Positions 63,387-64,000 of a DNA stretch of 64,000 nt are shown here, in pieces (the first letter of the stretch is position 1; the number at the start of each line of letters is the position of its first letter). The notes beneath the pieces were generated by a model, which was not told the DNA's origin, ran no database searches, and worked only from the letters and a program-made list of their open reading frames with translations. The stretch lies in contig CP133317.1 of the NCBI GenBank assembly GCA_050920655.1, positions 1,501,168-1,565,167 on the forward strand, read 5' to 3'. The DNA comes from Candidatus Rickettsia vulgarisii. Lineage in GTDB: Bacteria; Pseudomonadota; Alphaproteobacteria; Rickettsiales; Rickettsiaceae. The translations under genes were made by a program, and so were the position numbers.

Positions 63387-64000
63387 TCAATTGACCATAA
63401 ACTGATTTAAAAACTTAAAATCCTCTGCTTCAAAATAAAAAACAGAAGGTAAATTTATTTTAGCAGTGAAATTATTATCATTGCTAACCTTTAACATAAC
63501 ATTGAGTTTTATAGTATTTTTCTCTTGAGTGATACGTGTTTTAAGTAAATTAACAATCTCTTCTAACTCATAATGATTCTGTGGATAGAGATTCATCTCT
63601 AATTTTCGTTCATTTACTAATTCATCAAAAGTAGCAAAGCTTTTAGCAATTAATCTTACCCCTCCTGCGTCTTTGAATAGATCACAATGAGCAACTACTA
63701 AACTTTGAACATCAAGCAAATGAACGTAATTCTTCAGGATTTCTTCGCTATAGATAGTTAGTTCAAAAATTCCAAATTGATCTGATAATTGTAAGGTTAT
63801 AAATCTTCCTTTAGCCGACATTCGAGAATCTTTCTTTTGTATTACCCCAGCTATTTTTATTTGGCTAGATCCATTTGGTATATCGCCATGTAGATTAAGA
63901 GATGTCATAATATTAAGTGACGATAATAAATCATGATATCGTGATAATGGATGTGAAGTAATAAACAAGCCTAATACTTCAAACTCATATAATGAAGTGT
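63387..64000 (-). CDS. dnaE: DNA polymerase III alpha subunit, C-terminal part (partial, continues beyond the window end)
   Basis: ...YEFEVLGLFITSHPLSRYHD... is followed by an OB-fold region (IKIAGVIQKKDSRMSAKGRFITLQLSDQFGIFELTIY). The frame is open to position 64000. Confidence 0.85.
   Translation of the reverse strand, partial: TSLYEFEVLGLFITSHPLSRYHDLLSSLNIMTSLNLHGDIPNGSSQIKIAGVIQKKDSRMSAKGRFITLQLSDQFGIFELTIYSEEILKNYVHLLDVQSLVVAHCDLFKDAGGVRLIAKSFATFDELVNERKLEMNLYPQNHYELEEIVNLLKTRITQEKNTIKLNVMLKVSNDNNFTAKINLPSVFYFEAEDFKFLNQFMVN

Noticed and set aside
1-64000. tRNA, rRNA, tmRNA or other structured RNA genes
   Set aside because: I saw no T-loop-type GGTTCGAATCC-like motifs and no cloverleaf-sized GC-rich islands in the intergenic regions. 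A tRNAscan/Infernal run would be needed to exclude small RNAs.

Overview
This is a strongly AT-rich window from a Rickettsiaceae-type (Rickettsia-lineage) genome. The assignment rests on numerous Rickettsia-palindromic-element (RPE)-like hairpin repeats, Sca-type autotransporters, multiple ProP-like MFS paralogues, a SpoT-like HD fragment, scoAB, and a GroEL that looks roughly 80 percent identical to R. prowazekii GroEL as I recall that sequence. Intact housekeeping genes: rpsD, the lptD/surA-like/rsmA operon, nifS-like/iscS/iscU/iscA, gabD, leuS, scoAB, mraY-murF, murE, groES-groEL, gmk, alaS, and the 3' end of dnaE. Between them lies heavily decayed accessory DNA: three Sca autotransporter paralogues, two of which share a 1509-bp identical 3' segment. 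There is also an IS982-like IS with a frameshifted transposase and a decayed TrpR/YerC-regulated ABC importer. Pseudogenes include iscR, a class D beta-lactamase, a ROK kinase, a ProP paralogue, a rhodanese, hemW and pyrG. Most interesting observations: (1) an orphan three-gene membrane operon (51848-55084) whose topology resembles PilM-N/PilO or GspL/GspM; (2) a GIY-YIG nuclease gene bracketed exactly by RPE terminal inverted repeats (27778-28145); (3) a frameshifted gene carrying a beta-thymosin/WH2-like actin-binding motif (8845-8898); (4) a decayed gene ending in poly-Cys plus a CaaX box (CIIM); (5) operator-like palindromes resembling a trp operator and an IscR type-1 box. I found no rRNA, tRNA or CRISPR array by eye. 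All family assignments come from reading translated motifs; no database search was possible.
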